Program-made: the position numbers and the translations under genes
The notes under the pieces: model-generated
Database searches by the model: none
What the model saw: only the letters and a program-made list of their open reading frames with translations
Told to the model about the DNA's origin: nothing
Part shown: one piece after another, positions 63,991-64,000 of the stretch
Layout: each line of letters starts with the position of its first letter
Position numbering within the stretch: the stretch's first letter is position 1
NCBI GenBank assembly: GCA_020854265.1
Contig: JADZFU010000003.1
Coordinates: forward strand, 28,408-92,407
DNA from: Candidatus Uhrbacteria bacterium
GTDB lineage: Bacteria > Patescibacteriota > Patescibacteriia > 2-12-FULL-60-25
Reading direction: 5' to 3'
Length of the DNA stretch: 64,000 nucleotides

Positions 63991-64000
63991 AAAAGCAATA

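Noticed and set aside
1-64000. A diversity-generating retroelement, retron, restriction-modification system, toxin-antitoxin system or other recognisable defence system.
   Set aside because: No reverse transcriptase (YxDD), methyltransferase, nuclease or helicase defence signatures, or template/variable repeat pairs were recognised in any frame. The nucleotidyltransferase-fold gene at 19680 has no adjacent antitoxin-like partner.

Overview
This is a 64 kb bacterial chromosomal fragment with a mosaic composition. All product calls come from motifs read by eye; no similarity search or folding program was run. GC figures are by-eye estimates, not computed.

Backbone. The housekeeping genes have moderate GC (roughly 50%) and mixed codon third positions. 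They are recA (3' part), ftsK, a RodZ-like HTH gene, rpoB-rpoC, ruvC, gyrA, maf, tdk, ruvA, a FemAB-family gene, tRNA-Ala(UGC), a 2-hydroxyacid dehydrogenase, a pfkB kinase, a DUF2207 protein, RNase P RNA, a FecR/CHASE2 adenylate cyclase pair, trpS, a prs-like gene and RNase J. This gene set suggests a small-genome, possibly Patescibacteria/CPR-like organism, but that is a low-confidence inference.

Islands. Three clearly GC-richer islands interrupt the backbone (roughly 65%, with almost every codon ending in G/C):
- Island 1, about 3.7-10.7 kb, all genes on the minus strand.
- Island 2, about 33.3-50.0 kb, all genes on the plus strand.
- Island 3, about 51.7-54.1 kb, minus strand.
They encode only unrecognisable proteins. 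Many are lipoproteins, secreted proteins or membrane proteins. The exceptions are one SLT lytic transglycosylase, one HExxH protein and one Cys-rich repeat protein.

Main signal. In island 2, nearly every intergenic spacer, from the upstream stop codon to the next ATG, is a copy of one composite structured cassette: CU-rich tract, stem-loop 1, CCTCCTCTCCGCC, a variable-stem hairpin with a conserved AATTTC loop, then GGCCGAAG(C/A)TGGAGG and the ATG. There are 15 full copies and 1 partial copy. The hairpin stems show compensatory changes. The Shine-Dalgarno sequence is complementary to the upstream CCTCC tract. Related copies precede minus-strand genes in island 1. I do not recognise this as a named element.

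Secondary observations:
- TTGGCTAA/TTAGCCAA palindrome arrays at the borders of two islands.
- An orphan promoter-to-terminator unit of about 400 nt with no convincing ORF.
- An in-frame TGA splitting a FecR-domain gene.
- Island proteins with proline-rich tails.
- A structured rpoB leader.
- Two tiny ORFs below the 60-aa cut-off of the ORF track.
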